Part shown: positions 27,160 through 38,824 of the stretch, piece by piece
How positions within the stretch are numbered: the stretch's first letter is position 1
How the letters are laid out: every line of letters begins with the position of its first letter
DNA from: Phyllobates terribilis
Lineage: Eukaryota
Length of the DNA: 64,000 bases
Reading direction: 5' to 3'
NCBI RefSeq assembly: GCF_046119375.1
Contig: NW_027362769.1
Span: 101,804,001-101,868,000 of the forward strand
The notes under the pieces: model-generated
What the model saw: only the letters and a program-made list of their open reading frames with translations
Database searches by the model: none
Told to the model about the DNA's origin: nothing
Made by a program: the position numbers and the translations under genes

Positions 27160-27720
27160 CACGGCCCATGTCGGGGTCACACCTGTGATGTAATTGGTCC
27201 ACTTGTACAGCACTCCTTCCATAGCGGCGCCGCTCGGGGTCACTGCGGGCTCATCCTTCCCCCTGGTGCGGGCTAATGACGGCAGCAGAGCGGACTACAC
27301 TCCGGGGGACACGGGCTGCTGAGCGGCCGGGCTGCTCATGGTGGAGCCGGGGGATGCTCGGGCGGACGCCCCGGACACTGCGCCCGTCTCCTCCATCCGC
27401 ACAGCTGAGCAGCGCCGCCGCCTCCTCCGTCACTGCGCTTCCCTGTACAGTTGCGTCCAGATAGGAGTCGCTTCTGCTAGGTGTGATGACGTAGAGTCAC
27501 GTGGTGGGCAGCGGTCACATGACCTGTTGTGTTTCCATTACCCTTCGTGGTAAGTCAGTCCGTGCAGTCAGTGCGGGGCTGGAGGAGGTGGCGGTCACCT
27601 CTCTGGACTTCCTGCAGGATTTACAGGGGGTCTGCTGTATATTCTGTGTATGGGGCTTGGGGACTGAAGAACAGGGATGCGGGCTCCGTCCGCCATAGTG
27701 CCCGGTACACACAGTCACCC
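27160..27720 (-). promoter_or_regulatory. CpG-island promoter / 5' UTR of PLEKHA3
   Basis: GC- and CpG-dense stretch over exon 1 in an otherwise AT-rich window; contains TGACGT (27487), GTCACGTGG (27496) and GTCACATGAC (27514). Confidence 0.75.
27183..27222 (-). CDS. PLEKHA3: PLEKHA3 (FAPP1) coding exon 1
   Basis: ATG at 27222 gives MEGVLYKWTNYIT(G), the FAPP1 PH-domain N-terminus; GT donor at 27182; 40 bp; inside a CpG-rich region. Confidence 0.97.
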
Positions 27721-28564
27721 TCATAAGGGCGCAGGATTGTTACTTCTGGTTTTTCCACTTTGTCCAAAAATGTGCACAATTGATTACAGACGTAAATAAA
27801 ATCACTCCAGAGGGACGACATCTGGCCAAAATTGTACCACTGTTAAAAAGTCGCAATTGCTGATTCTGCTGAACACATCCTGAAACCCCAAATCCTCAGC
27901 CACAATGACAAAAAAGGGAGAACATATAAAATAGACTTTAAAAAAGGCGTAAATGAAAAACAGGCGAAAAAACGCCAAAAAGTAGACCAAAATAAAAAAG
28001 GCGCCAATGCAATAATGAATCATTTTTCTTCATTACTCCCATTTGCCTCCTAACTGCTGAACCAGTTCTGGACCGCCCGTAGATTTTAAACTTCTATGGG
28101 GTCTGCTCTTTGCTCTGCACTGACTTTAAAGGGAATCTGTCACCCCCTGAGACTTATCTGACCACTAATATGGGCAAACAGGTGATATAAAATGAAAAAT
28201 GTAAATCTATTCCTACCTGTATCCCCATATTAATGGTCTTGTTGCTGTGAAATTTCATTTTATTAATTCATGTTACTGATGCCTTCGAGGCCCCAGGCCG
28301 TAAGGAATCCCAGCCTCCTCTGTTAATTATAATGGCTCCCCCTCCTCTGCACGTCACATTGCAGCGAAATCCCGCGCCTGCACACTTCACTCTTTACACA
28401 AGGCGCACTTCCTCCTGTGTATGAACATTGTACTGCAGGGATCTTGTGCGCAGACGCCGGCGACTCACTGTGACGTCCGCTCCAGTGACCTACGGCGTGC
28501 GCAACACTAAGGTTCTCTCCCTACTTCCTCCCTGTATGTCTTCCCTAGGAACCATGTGTATATA

Positions 28565-30033
28565 CAGTGGGGGAAATCAGTTTTTGATCCCTTACTGTTT
28601 TTGGAAGTTTGCCCAATGACAAAGAGATGAACAATCTATAATTTTAAAGGTAGGTTAATTTTAACATTGAGAGATAGAATATCCAAAAAAAATCTGGAAA
28701 ATCACATTGTATAAATTAGCTGTCTTACATAGTCACCTGTATAAAAGACTACTGTCCACAGACCCTATTAATCAGTCAGACTACAACCTCTACAACATGG
28801 GCAAGACCAAATAGCTTTCTAAGGATGTCAGGGACAATATCATAGACCTGCACAAAGCTGGAATGGGCTACAAAATCATAAGTAAGACGCTGGGTGAGAA
28901 GGAGACAACTGTTGGTGCAATAGTAAGAAAATGGAAGAAATTCAAAATGACTGTCCATCGACATCGATCTGGGGCACCATGCAAAATCTCACCTCGTGGG
29001 GTATCCTTGATCATGAGGAAGGTGAGAGATCAGCCTAAAACTACACGGTGGGGACTTGTTAATGATCTCAAGGCAGCTGGGACCACAGTCACCAAGAAAA
29101 CCATTGGTAACACATTACACCTTAAAGGTTTAAAATCCTGCAGTGCCCGCAAGATACCCCTGCTCAAGAAGGCACATGTGCAGGCCCGTCTGAAGTTTGT
29201 CAATGAACACCTTGATGATTCTGTGAGTTATTGGGAGATGGTGTTGTGGTCAGATGAGACAAAAATTGAGCTCTCTGGCATTAACTCAACTCACTGTGTT
29301 TGGAGGAAGAAGAATGATGAGTACAACCCTAAGAACATCGTCCCAACCATGAAGCATGGTGGGGGGAAAATTATACTTTGGGGGTGATTTTCTGCAAAAG
29401 GGGACATGATGACTGCATCGTACTGAGGGAGGATGGATGGGGTCATGTATTGCGAGATTTTGGCCAACAACCTCCTTCCCTCAGTAAGAGCATTGAAGAT
29501 GGGTCGTGGCTGGGTCTTCCAGCAAGACAATGACCCAAAACATACAGCCAACGCAACAAAGGAGTGGCTCAAAAAGAAGCACAGTAAGGTCATGGAGTGG
29601 CCTAGCCAGTCTCCAGACCTTAACCCATAGAAAACTTATGGAGGGAGTTGAAGCTCCGAGTTGCCGAGCGACAGCCTCAAAATCTTAATAATTTAGAGAT
29701 GATCTGCAAAGAGGAGTGGACCAAAATTCCTCCTGACATGTGTGCAACCCTCATCATCAACTACAAAAATCGTCTGACTGCTGTGCTTGCCAACAAGGGT
29801 TGTGCCACCAAGTATTAAGTGTTGTTTGCCAAAGGGATAAAATACTTATTTCTCACTGCAAAATGCAAATAAATTTACCTAATTTATACAATGTGATTTT
29901 CTTGATTTTTTTGGGATATTCTATCTCTCAATGTTAAAATTAACCTACCCTTAAAATTATAGACTGTTCATGTCTTTGTCAGTGGGCAAAGATACAAAAA
30001 CAGCAAGGGATCAAATACTTATTTCCCCTACTG
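28565..30033 (+). mobile_element. Full-length decayed Tc1 transposon (~200-bp TIRs) between PLEKHA3 and FKBP7
   Basis: TIRs CAGTGGGGGAAATCAG.../...TTATTTCCCCTACTG, TA TSD; ORFs 28863..29387 and 29433..29630; several stops and frameshifts. Confidence 0.93.
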
Positions 30034-30518
30034 TATATATAGATACATATATGTGTGTATATATATGTACACATATACACTTGTATAAATATATACACAT
30101 GGTTCCTAGCGATGACATGCAGGGAGAGAACCTTAGTGTTGTACACGCCGGAGGTCACTGGAGCAGCTCCACACATCGGTCCGACACCCGGCACCCCCGC
30201 TGATCAGCTGTTATCAGTGTTAGCCATCACCGGTTGGAAGTACTCAGTGGCCGAGCTGCTCAGTCTACTTGTAGTGGCCGCAGAATACTACACATCCGCC
30301 TTCTATTCAAATCAGTAGGAGGCAGATGAGCAGTATCCTGTGGCCACTACAAGTAGACTGAGCAGCTCGGCAAGTGAGTACTTCAGGCCAGTGGTGGCCA
30401 ACACTGATGACAGCTGATCAGCGGGGGTGCCGGGTGTTGGACCACGACCGATCAGACATTGATGACCTATCGTGAGGATAGGCTGTCAGTGTAAAAGTAG
30501 TCAACAAACTCTGACTTA

Positions 30519-32644
30519 CAGTGAGTACGGAAAGTATTCAGACCCCTTTAAATTTTTCACTCTTTGTTTCATTGCTGCCATTTGGTAAATTCTAAAAAGT
30601 TCATTTTTTTTTCTCATTAAAGTACACTCTGCACCCCATCTTGACTGAAAAAAACAGAAATGTAGAAATTTTTGCTAATTTATTAAAAAAGAAAAACTGA
30701 AATATCACATAGTCATAAGTATTCAGACCCTTTGCTCAGACACTCATATTTAAGTCACAATATTGTCCTCCAATAACTACCATGCTGGATTTCTGCTTTT
30801 CACAGTCTTGTCTGCCCCTCACACAATCAGAATTTCTCCTTTCACCCCCAATATTTTACAACCTACTACCCCAGCAAATCAGGCTTTACACCTCCCTTGA
30901 AACCTACAAACTCAACGTAAAAACAATCTCTTCAGAAAGGCCTATAATAAAACCAATAACCCTGCAGCCGCCCTGCGCAGCTTCCACCCTCATCTACTGT
31001 CTCCTTCCCCTACACTTGTAGATTGTAAAACCCTCAAGCGCGGGGTCATCTTTCCCAGTGAGTCACTCAGTGTACCAGTTTGTCATTCTTTGTCATACTT
31101 ATTTTGGGACTTCTGCTATATACAGCACCTATGTATTAATATAATATGTAATCATGTACTGTAAACCTCGTTTGGACCTTTTTCACATGCACAACGCCCT
31201 GGAATTATAATGAGCTCACACATCATTTTTTAGGCTGTCTGAATTACTCACCCGAGTTTCCCTTTAATGTAGAGAAGTTTTACATAACTTGTCCATTTCC
31301 TTGTGATCCTCCTTGAGACAGTTCTACTCCTTCTTTGGAGTCCAGCTGTGTTTAATTAAACTGATAGGACTTGATTTGGAAAGGCACACACCTGTCTATA
31401 TAAGACCTCACAGCTCACAGTGCAGGTCAGACGAAATGAGCTCAAAGGAACTGCCCAAGGAGCTCAGAGAATTGTGGCAAGGCACAGATCTGGCCAAGGT
31501 TACAAAAACAAAAGAATTTCTGCATTACTCAAGGTTCCTAAGAGCACAGTGGCCTCCATAATCCTTAGATGGAAGAAGTTTGGGACCACCAGAAGTCTTC
31601 CTAGACCTGGCCGTCCAGCCAAACTGAGCGATCGTGGGAAAAGAGCCTTGGTGAGAGAGGTAAAGAAGAAACCAAAGATCACTGTGGCTGAGCTCCAGAG
31701 ATGCAGTGGGGAGATGGGAGATAGTTCCACAAAGTCAACTATCACTGCAGCCCTCCACCAGTCGTGCCTTTATCGCAGAGTGGCCTGTCGGAAGGCTCTC
31801 CTCAGTGCAAGACATATGAAAGCCCGCATAGAGTTTGCTCAAAAACACATGAAGGACTCCCAGACTATGAGAAATAAGATTCTCTGGTCTGATGAGACTA
31901 AGATAGAACTTTAAGGTGATAATTCTAAGCAGTATGTGGAGAAAACCAGGCACTGCTCATCACCTGCCCAATATAATCCTAACAGTGAAACATGGTGGTG
32001 GCAGCATCATGCTATGGGGGTGATTTTCAGCTGCAGGGACAGGACGACTTGTTGCAATTGAAGGAAACATGAATGCGGCCAAGTACAGAGATACCCTGGA
32101 TGAAAACCTCTTCCAGAGTGCTCTGGACCTCAGACTTGGCTGAAGGTTCACCTTTCAACAAGACACTGACCCTAAGCACACAGCTAAAATAACAAAGGAG
32201 TGGCTTCAGAACAACTCTGTGACCATTCTTGACTGGCCCAGCCAGAGCGCTGACCTAAACCCAATTGAGCATCTCTGGAGAGACCTGAAAATGGCTGTCC
32301 ACCAACGTTCACCATCCAACCTGACGGAACTGGAGAGGATCTGCCAGGAAGAATGTCAGAGGATCCCCAAATCCAGGTGTGAAAAACTTGTTGCGTCATT
32401 CCCAAGAAGACTCATGGCTGTACTAGCTCAAAAGGGTGCTTCTACTTAATACTGAGCAAAGGGTCTGAATACTTATGTGATATTTCAGTTTTTCTTTTTT
32501 AATAAATTTGCAATTTCAGTCAGGATGGGGTGCAGAGTGTACTTTAATGAGAAAAAAAAATGAACTTTTTAGAATTTACCAAATGGCTGCAATGAAACAA
32601 TGAGCGAAAAATTTAAAGGGTCTGAATACTTTCCATACCCACTG
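30519..32644 (+). mobile_element. Decayed IR/DR-type Tc1 transposon carrying a 527-bp internal insertion copied from its own flank
   Basis: TIRs CAGTGAGTACGGAAAGTATTCAGACCC / GGGTCTGAATACTTTCCATACCCACTG, TA TSD; ORFs 31420..31914 and 32219..32449. Confidence 0.93.
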
Positions 32645-32689
32645 TACATGGCTGTGCATTATCTGTCACCTCCGTACATCTATGATTAC

Positions 32690-32970
32690 TCCTCCAATAA
32701 CTACCATGCTGGATTTCTGCTTTTCACAGTCTTGTCTGCCCCTCACACAATCAGAATTTCTCCTTTCACCCCCAATATTTTACAACCTACTACCCCAGCA
32801 AATCAGGCTTTACACCTCCCTTGAAACCTACAAACTCAACGTAAAAACAATCTCTTCAGAAAGGCCTATAATAAAACCAATAACCCTGCAGCCGCCCTGC
32901 GCAGCTTCCACCCTCATCTACTGTCTCCTTCCCCTACACTTGTAGATTGTAAAACCCTCAAGCGCGGGGT
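32690..32970 (+). mobile_element. L2/CR1-type 3' tail fragment (duplicated at 30766-31046)
   Basis: Shares AATAACCCTGCAGCC...CTACTGTCTCCTTCCC...TTGTAGATTGTAA with the tail at 17940-18050. Confidence 0.65.
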
Positions 32971-34564
32971 CATCTTTCCCAGTGAGTCACTCAGTGTACC
33001 AGTTTGTCATTCTTTGTCATACTTATTTTGGGACTTCTGCTATATACAGCACCTATGTATTAATATAATATGTAATCATGTACTGTAAACCTCGTTTGGA
33101 CCTTTTTCACATGCACAACGCCCTGGAATTATAATGAGCTCACACATCATTTTTTAGGCTGTCTGAATTACTCACCCGAGTTTCCCTTTAATGTAGAGAA
33201 GTTTTACATAACTTGTTTACACCCATAAATGCAATTTCTGTTAAGTGAGGACTTCAAAGGTAACATAAAAAAATAGCGAGATTATTTTTGATTTTTTTTT
33301 GCAAGTTCAGTCCTGTCTGCTTTAACGTAGTTTCCACTTCTGCACACTTCTGTATTTGTATTAATATAAATTGGTTGAAATTCTGGGGTGATTGATTTCC
33401 TAATACACCTTCATAGAGCCTGGAGCTTTTCTTACACTGCTTTCTAAAGTCACTACATAGTCACAAAAGATGATACGTTGCCACAAAAGGACACTTTAGG
33501 GTCCTCCTGCAAATTGTTTGGCAATAAAGGGGATTCCAGGATCTTGATTTTTTTTTTTTTGTGGCTTGTGTGACTTTAAAGTCTATAGTGCAATATAAAA
33601 AAAAATATATTACATACTTTGGGGCTGATTCATCAAAGCTTTTACGCTAGAAAACTTAACGAAAAAGCTTTGAAAAGTCCCAAAAAACTTTGCAACTTTT
33701 GGCGTTTTCAGAAAATAGGCGGGACTGGGGAGAGGATGGGGGTGGCCATGTCTGCCCGTCAAATTCATCAAAAGGGCCAGCGTTTTGTGCACCAAAAATG
33801 CTACTCCAGTCCCGGTCTGGCACGGTGCATGGAGGCACACACCACTCAGAAGACTAGCCGAATTTTACTAAAGGGATTGTCCGGCCCAAATCGATAAGTC
33901 TGCAGTCACTCTGGTGGATCCCCGCACTGTGCGCTGCGGGGATCCATCAGTTTCAGAACCGGGACTGGAGAGTATGTATGTGTTATACATACTCCCGGCC
34001 AAGGCCCGTCTAGTGGACGTGGCCTCGCTCCATACGCTTGTTTATTCACAAGTAGAAGGGATGGAGCAAAAGCAGATTTATTTTTTTATTGTATTTTCCT
34101 TAACAGGCTATTTATGGCAAGCGATTTGCAGAATGAGAATCACATGATGAAACAAGGCAAAATGCAATTAGATGCTATACGCTTCTGTGTATCTGGAAGA
34201 TTGCAGAGAAGGACCAGACTGTGAATGTAGGGGTTAATAATGCTGCATTCCACCTAAAAGTAATGACATCTGCCTCAGGTCTTGTAACTTGAGCTCCTGG
34301 CTGGAGTCAGAAGCAGCAGTTCCAAAACTTTTGTCTTCACTTTTTCTTCCTGGAAGAGAAGAAAGGCATTAATTGGATGGGAGGCTGAGTCACATTATTG
34401 TGGGAGCCAATGGAAGAAGCCTTTACAGATGTCAGTGATTGCTGGGTCTACAGAAGTACAGAAGTATTTGGTGTGTATTTCTGCAGAGTGCCACGTGTAT
34501 AGTAACAGTGGTGAAAAGATCAGGGGTTTCTGCAAATCTTGTTTCCTGGCAAAGGACAGACACC

Positions 34565-34776
34565 ATGACAATGCCTTCCTGCCCCAAGTTCATCCTTCTC
34601 CTGCCGATTCTCAGCCTCCTCACTGGTCATATTCACTGTGAAGGTGAAGAAGAGAAGATTAAACTAGAAGTGACGCACGTCCCCAGTGTTTGCACGCAGA
34701 AGAGCAAAAGAGGCGACCTGGTGAACGCACATTATGACGGCTACTTGGCAAAGGATCTCTCCAAATTTTACTGCAG
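34565..34776 (+). CDS. FKBP7: FKBP7 coding exon 1 (signal peptide and start of PPIase domain)
   Basis: MTMPSCPKFILLLPILSLLTGHIHCEGEEEKIKLEVTHVPSVCTQKSKRGDLVNAHYDGYLAKDLSKFYC(S); CACCATG context; GTAAC donor; the second ATG at 34571 is an alternative start. Confidence 0.95.
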
Positions 34777-35208
34777 GTAACAAATTGTATCGGTTTTAGT
34801 TGTTGTCTTTTAATACAGTGTTATTATTGTGTATATCAAAAGTTGCAATATTTGTGTGACCCCCATATATTGAATCCTACATAGGTTGGGACTTGATTCA
34901 CTTCTGCGAACCGTTGTGTTGCCCACACCCAAAGTCTTTGTGCACGCAGGACTTTTTGGTGCAGTTTTTGTATGCATTTTCTTTTAGCCGGCCACATGAT
35001 GTTAAAGAACATGTAATTCCTTGGACCAGAACTTATTCTTTCTTTGTTCCATATTCCAGAACTGGTGTAGGAGTTTTGGCAGTGGACAAGGGTCAACATG
35101 GACGTCTTGACCTGACGGCTGCTAATCATCCAATAGTTTTGACACACTTTTTATTCCGACACCTTTCTATTGTAGCCATCATTACTTTTTTCATGATTTG
35201 AGACCAAT

Positions 35209-35405
35209 GGGCTAGTCTTTACTTTCAATGCTCCAAAGGACTAGTGTTTACTCCCCATATGCCAAAGGGCTAGTCTTTACTTCCAATGCGCCAAAGGACT
35301 AGTGTTTACTCCCCATGGGCCAAAGGGCTAGTCTTTACTTCCAATGCGCCAAAGGGCTAGTCTTTACTCCCCATGCTCCAAAAGACTTGCCTTTACTCCC
35401 CATTC
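35209..35405. repeat. 29-bp minisatellite with alternating A/B units, about 7 units, in FKBP7 intron 1
   Basis: GGGCTAGTCTTTACTTCCAATGCGCCAAA alternates with GGACTAGTGTTTACTCCCCAT...CCAAA. Confidence 0.9.
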
Positions 35406-35822
35406 GCACTAGTGAGTATGGGAACACACATTTCTGTCCTTTCTTTGAGGCCCCTGATTGTCCCTGCGGGTGGGTGTCCCTAGGTAGCACTGCTGTAAGA
35501 TTTTTCCGCAGCAATTCTTCCCCATGTGAACATACTGAACATAACACTAAGAAACTATCTAGCATATCTTAGGAGAGAAATCTGCTTCTTTATCCTCCTG
35601 GACTGATCTTTCACTCTCAATTTATGAATAAAATCTGTCAAATCTGTATTCAGTGAAGACAGAATTTCCCATTACTGAGATAGGAGATGACAGTTGGTTG
35701 CTGCAAGTTCTCCTGGAATGACAGTTACAGTTCTCCATAGAACTTTATGAGCACCAACTGTCATCTATCTCAGTAATGAGAAAGTCTGTATTCACTGAAG
35801 ACATATTTTACCCATACATCTA

Positions 35823-36008
35823 CAAGGAGAAACGTTACCGCTTAGACCCTAGACTTAAGCCGCTCACCTAGCCAAATCAGATCTCATACTTTGCACTGAT
35901 GAGGGGTAACACGCCCAAACACCATGTCTGCAAATTGAGATTTTGGCTTGGCTTTTATACTAAGTTATATGGCAAGGCGCTAGAGTTCTCTGAAGAAGCA
36001 ATTTGCAC
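35823..36008 (+). mobile_element. Internally deleted copy of the hammerhead-bearing repeat
   Basis: Shares the hammerhead, GGCTTTTAT..TAAGT.ATAT.GCAAGG and CTGAAGA.GCAATTTGCAC with 48342-48525. Confidence 0.8.
35890..35934 (+). ncRNA. Degenerate copy of the same hammerhead in FKBP7 intron 1 (G12 of GAAA lost)
   Basis: TTTGCA-CTGATGA-GGGGTAACACGCC-CAAAC-ACCAT-GTC-TGCAAA. Confidence 0.7.
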
Positions 36009-37875
36009 CCATACATTAAGAATTTTGAGAATGAAAGATCAGTTCAGGAGGAGAAAAGTGGATTTATCTCAGAACACATATTACGAAGTTTCTTATTTTC
36101 CTGTGTACTTTATTTATGGAAAAAAATACACAGATGATTAATCTTTAACAGTGTTTTTAAATTGAAAAATGCAGCTTTTATACAGTTTTTCTCAGCCAGA
36201 GCCACTGCTTTTGGGGCTATATAAGTGAATTGAGAGAGGCGTGCATCTCAATGAGGATAGGAGATAAATATTTGTAACAAGACAACCCCTTTAAGAACTC
36301 CATTAGAAGCTGTTGGCTGATATGTCCAAGGATGCAACGACTCACAAGTCTGATAAATGTCTGAACAGTTACTTATCTGTGTACAGGAGCTAAGCAAAAA
36401 ACTATGGAACAAGAGATCACATGGTTACATGATGTGACCGCAAGAATGATGACACGCCGGGAAAGAGACAGCTGGGTATTTCAGATACACAATTAAGGCA
36501 GAATTGACATGACATGTATATACTCGTACTATTAGGGTACACTCACACGAGCTGGAAAGATGGCGGTAAGTTAGAAAAACATGTGGTTTACAATGAATTA
36601 CCACCGGTAATTACCAATAGTTTTTGGTTTTCCCATTTGTCAATAACAATGTTCTTTTCTTGACTTTCTAAGTTGTGTAGACCTTATGTAGACGCTGCTG
36701 ACAGTTGTCTTTTCAGGTGACGTGACGTTCACTTGAATCAGTTGAATATGCAGTAGGCAGAATCTCACCGAGCTTCTTTTTCCCGTAATTGCTCACCTGG
36801 CTCCTTTGACAATTTACATGTAATCCTAATTGAGCACTTTGTCCTTTCTGAGAGATAATGCCTCCTACAAGATCGGCCCACTCATCCTCGCCGCTCTACT
36901 CATTTTGATGATCCAGATGGCTGCATTATTTTCAGTTCCAACCCACCTGAACTTAAGATACACGGGGATAAAGGAGCAGAATTATACCCCTGCAGTTCAC
37001 TGCTTACAAAGAAAGGAACAAGCAGGCTGCACACCTGCAAAGTAGCACATTGTATCAATGGCGGAAGAGGGCCCCAATCAAGAAATGTATCAGGAGCCCT
37101 TTACAGTCTCCTAGCTCATCTTAAAGCATCCTTTTATGTATCTCTGACCATAGCTGCTAGCTGCTTTCGAGGAAAAAATTGGTGTTGATGGTTGTCTCTT
37201 GTTTGTGTCTATGATGGTGGATTTTATCAAATGAAGGTTGCGTCCAGGTGGAAGTGTCCAGTCTGACCTCTTCCTTCATTCTGGGTGGGATCTGAATCTT
37301 CAGTTTTATCTAGGGCCTTAGTAGGACAAAATTACTTTAGTTACGAAATTTGATCTGCTCCATCGCATGCAGTATTGCAAAGGTATTCTACTCTTAAAGT
37401 TACTTCTCGCCTACACAGCACACTACAAACTATCATATGGTGGACACAAAGTCCCTATAGATCCATAGTACAGGCCAGCAGGTTCATGCAGGTGGGTTTT
37501 TTGCAAATGTAGGATATGCAACATAGGCATCGGAAATCTGAAGTTCTTTAATGTTTGATTTTTAGCATTGATCTAGTAGGTACCATAGTTAGTATGCCAT
37601 TAAATTAAGAAGCACCAGCGGTGTCTGGCTGCCACTCCCCTGGATGACCCATTTATGATAGAGGTGCATTTTGAGGATATACATTTATGGCATATACACC
37701 TGCCAGCCAAAACAACTGCTTTTATCTGTCATTTAATGTGTGTATCTTTACATCGGACACCGATGAGTTACCAAAATCTGCCAAAAGGTGGTTAGCTTTG
37801 TAGATTTTTGCAAACATTTGCCTGTAAAACCTGTCCTTTCCATAAAGTGATTGTTTTTTACCTGTTTGCACATAG

Positions 37876-38027
37876 CCGTTCAGAAAAAGATGGACACCCG
37901 AAGTGGTTCGTACTCGGAGTTGGACAAGTGATCAAGGGACTAGATATGGCATTGATGGACATGTGTCCTGGAGAAAAAAGAAAAGTCACCATTCCACCAT
38001 CTTTGGCCTACGGAGACAAGGGTTATG
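37876..38027 (+). CDS. FKBP7: FKBP7 coding exon 2
   Basis: [54 protein letters not shown]-type PPIase core; AG/GT flanks; 152 bp. Confidence 0.97.
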
Positions 38028-38824
38028 GTAATATCCATAGCATATGTAATTGCAGTAAACCTAAAAGCTGGCTACACAGATACGTTGTTTTTTTCTGCTT
38101 GATCGATCAGATCAATGATCTGGCCTCAATTTGGAAGACTTAAAAAGAACCTGTCATTAGTTTCCTGCTGCCGGATTGCAGCCAGATGTTTTACTCTGAA
38201 ATACTGCAGCATTTTAGTGTAGACATAGTTTGAAAACCGGAGATTATGGGAAGAGACCTGAGTAGTCCAATGCGGTCCCCGGCTGCTTCTTTCCACCCAC
38301 TCCAGTTGATTGATGGTCTCTCTCTTTGTACACACATGGTTGAGACCTTTCAATCAACTGGTGCGGGGCAAGTTGAAGCTGGCCAGGGTTGTCATCGGAC
38401 TAGTCAGGTCTCTCCCTATGGTCCCTGGTCGGCTTTTCAAACAATGTTTTCTTTGAAACGCCGCAACATTAGAGGCTCTGATTCATGCTGTCTGTTGCTT
38501 GGGAAGCATGAATCTAATCATGTACCCTTGAAGTACCAGCACAAACACTTATAAAAAAAAACATGCAATGTACTTGCGCAAAGCAACAAATCATCAGCAA
38601 TATTCAGCTGAAATTTTCCAGCTTGACAGGCTACATTTCCAGTTTTGACAATCATTGAACATGGAGAATGTTATCGCTCATATAATTTGCAAGCAATGGT
38701 CATCCATTTAGGCTGACTTTTATCTCATGTGTGTAAAGTGACTGAGGGCGGTAGCCATGGACGAGCTACTGCTCCATAATGCCCTGGCACTTTACAGGAA
38801 AATCTTGTTCCCGTCCCAATGTGC

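Noticed and set aside
27222-27243. MTPSGAA N-terminal extension of FAPP1 in the ORF track
   Set aside because: The codon at 27243 is GTG, not ATG; an artefact of alternative-start ORF calling
34477-34498. ER-stress element (ERSE) upstream of FKBP7
   Set aside because: CCACG(TG) is present at 34491, but ATTTC sits where CCAAT-N9 is required
34439-34564. Extended FKBP7 N-terminus in ORF 34439..34780
   Set aside because: Starts at TTG and would bury the signal peptide; ATG 34565 fits the family
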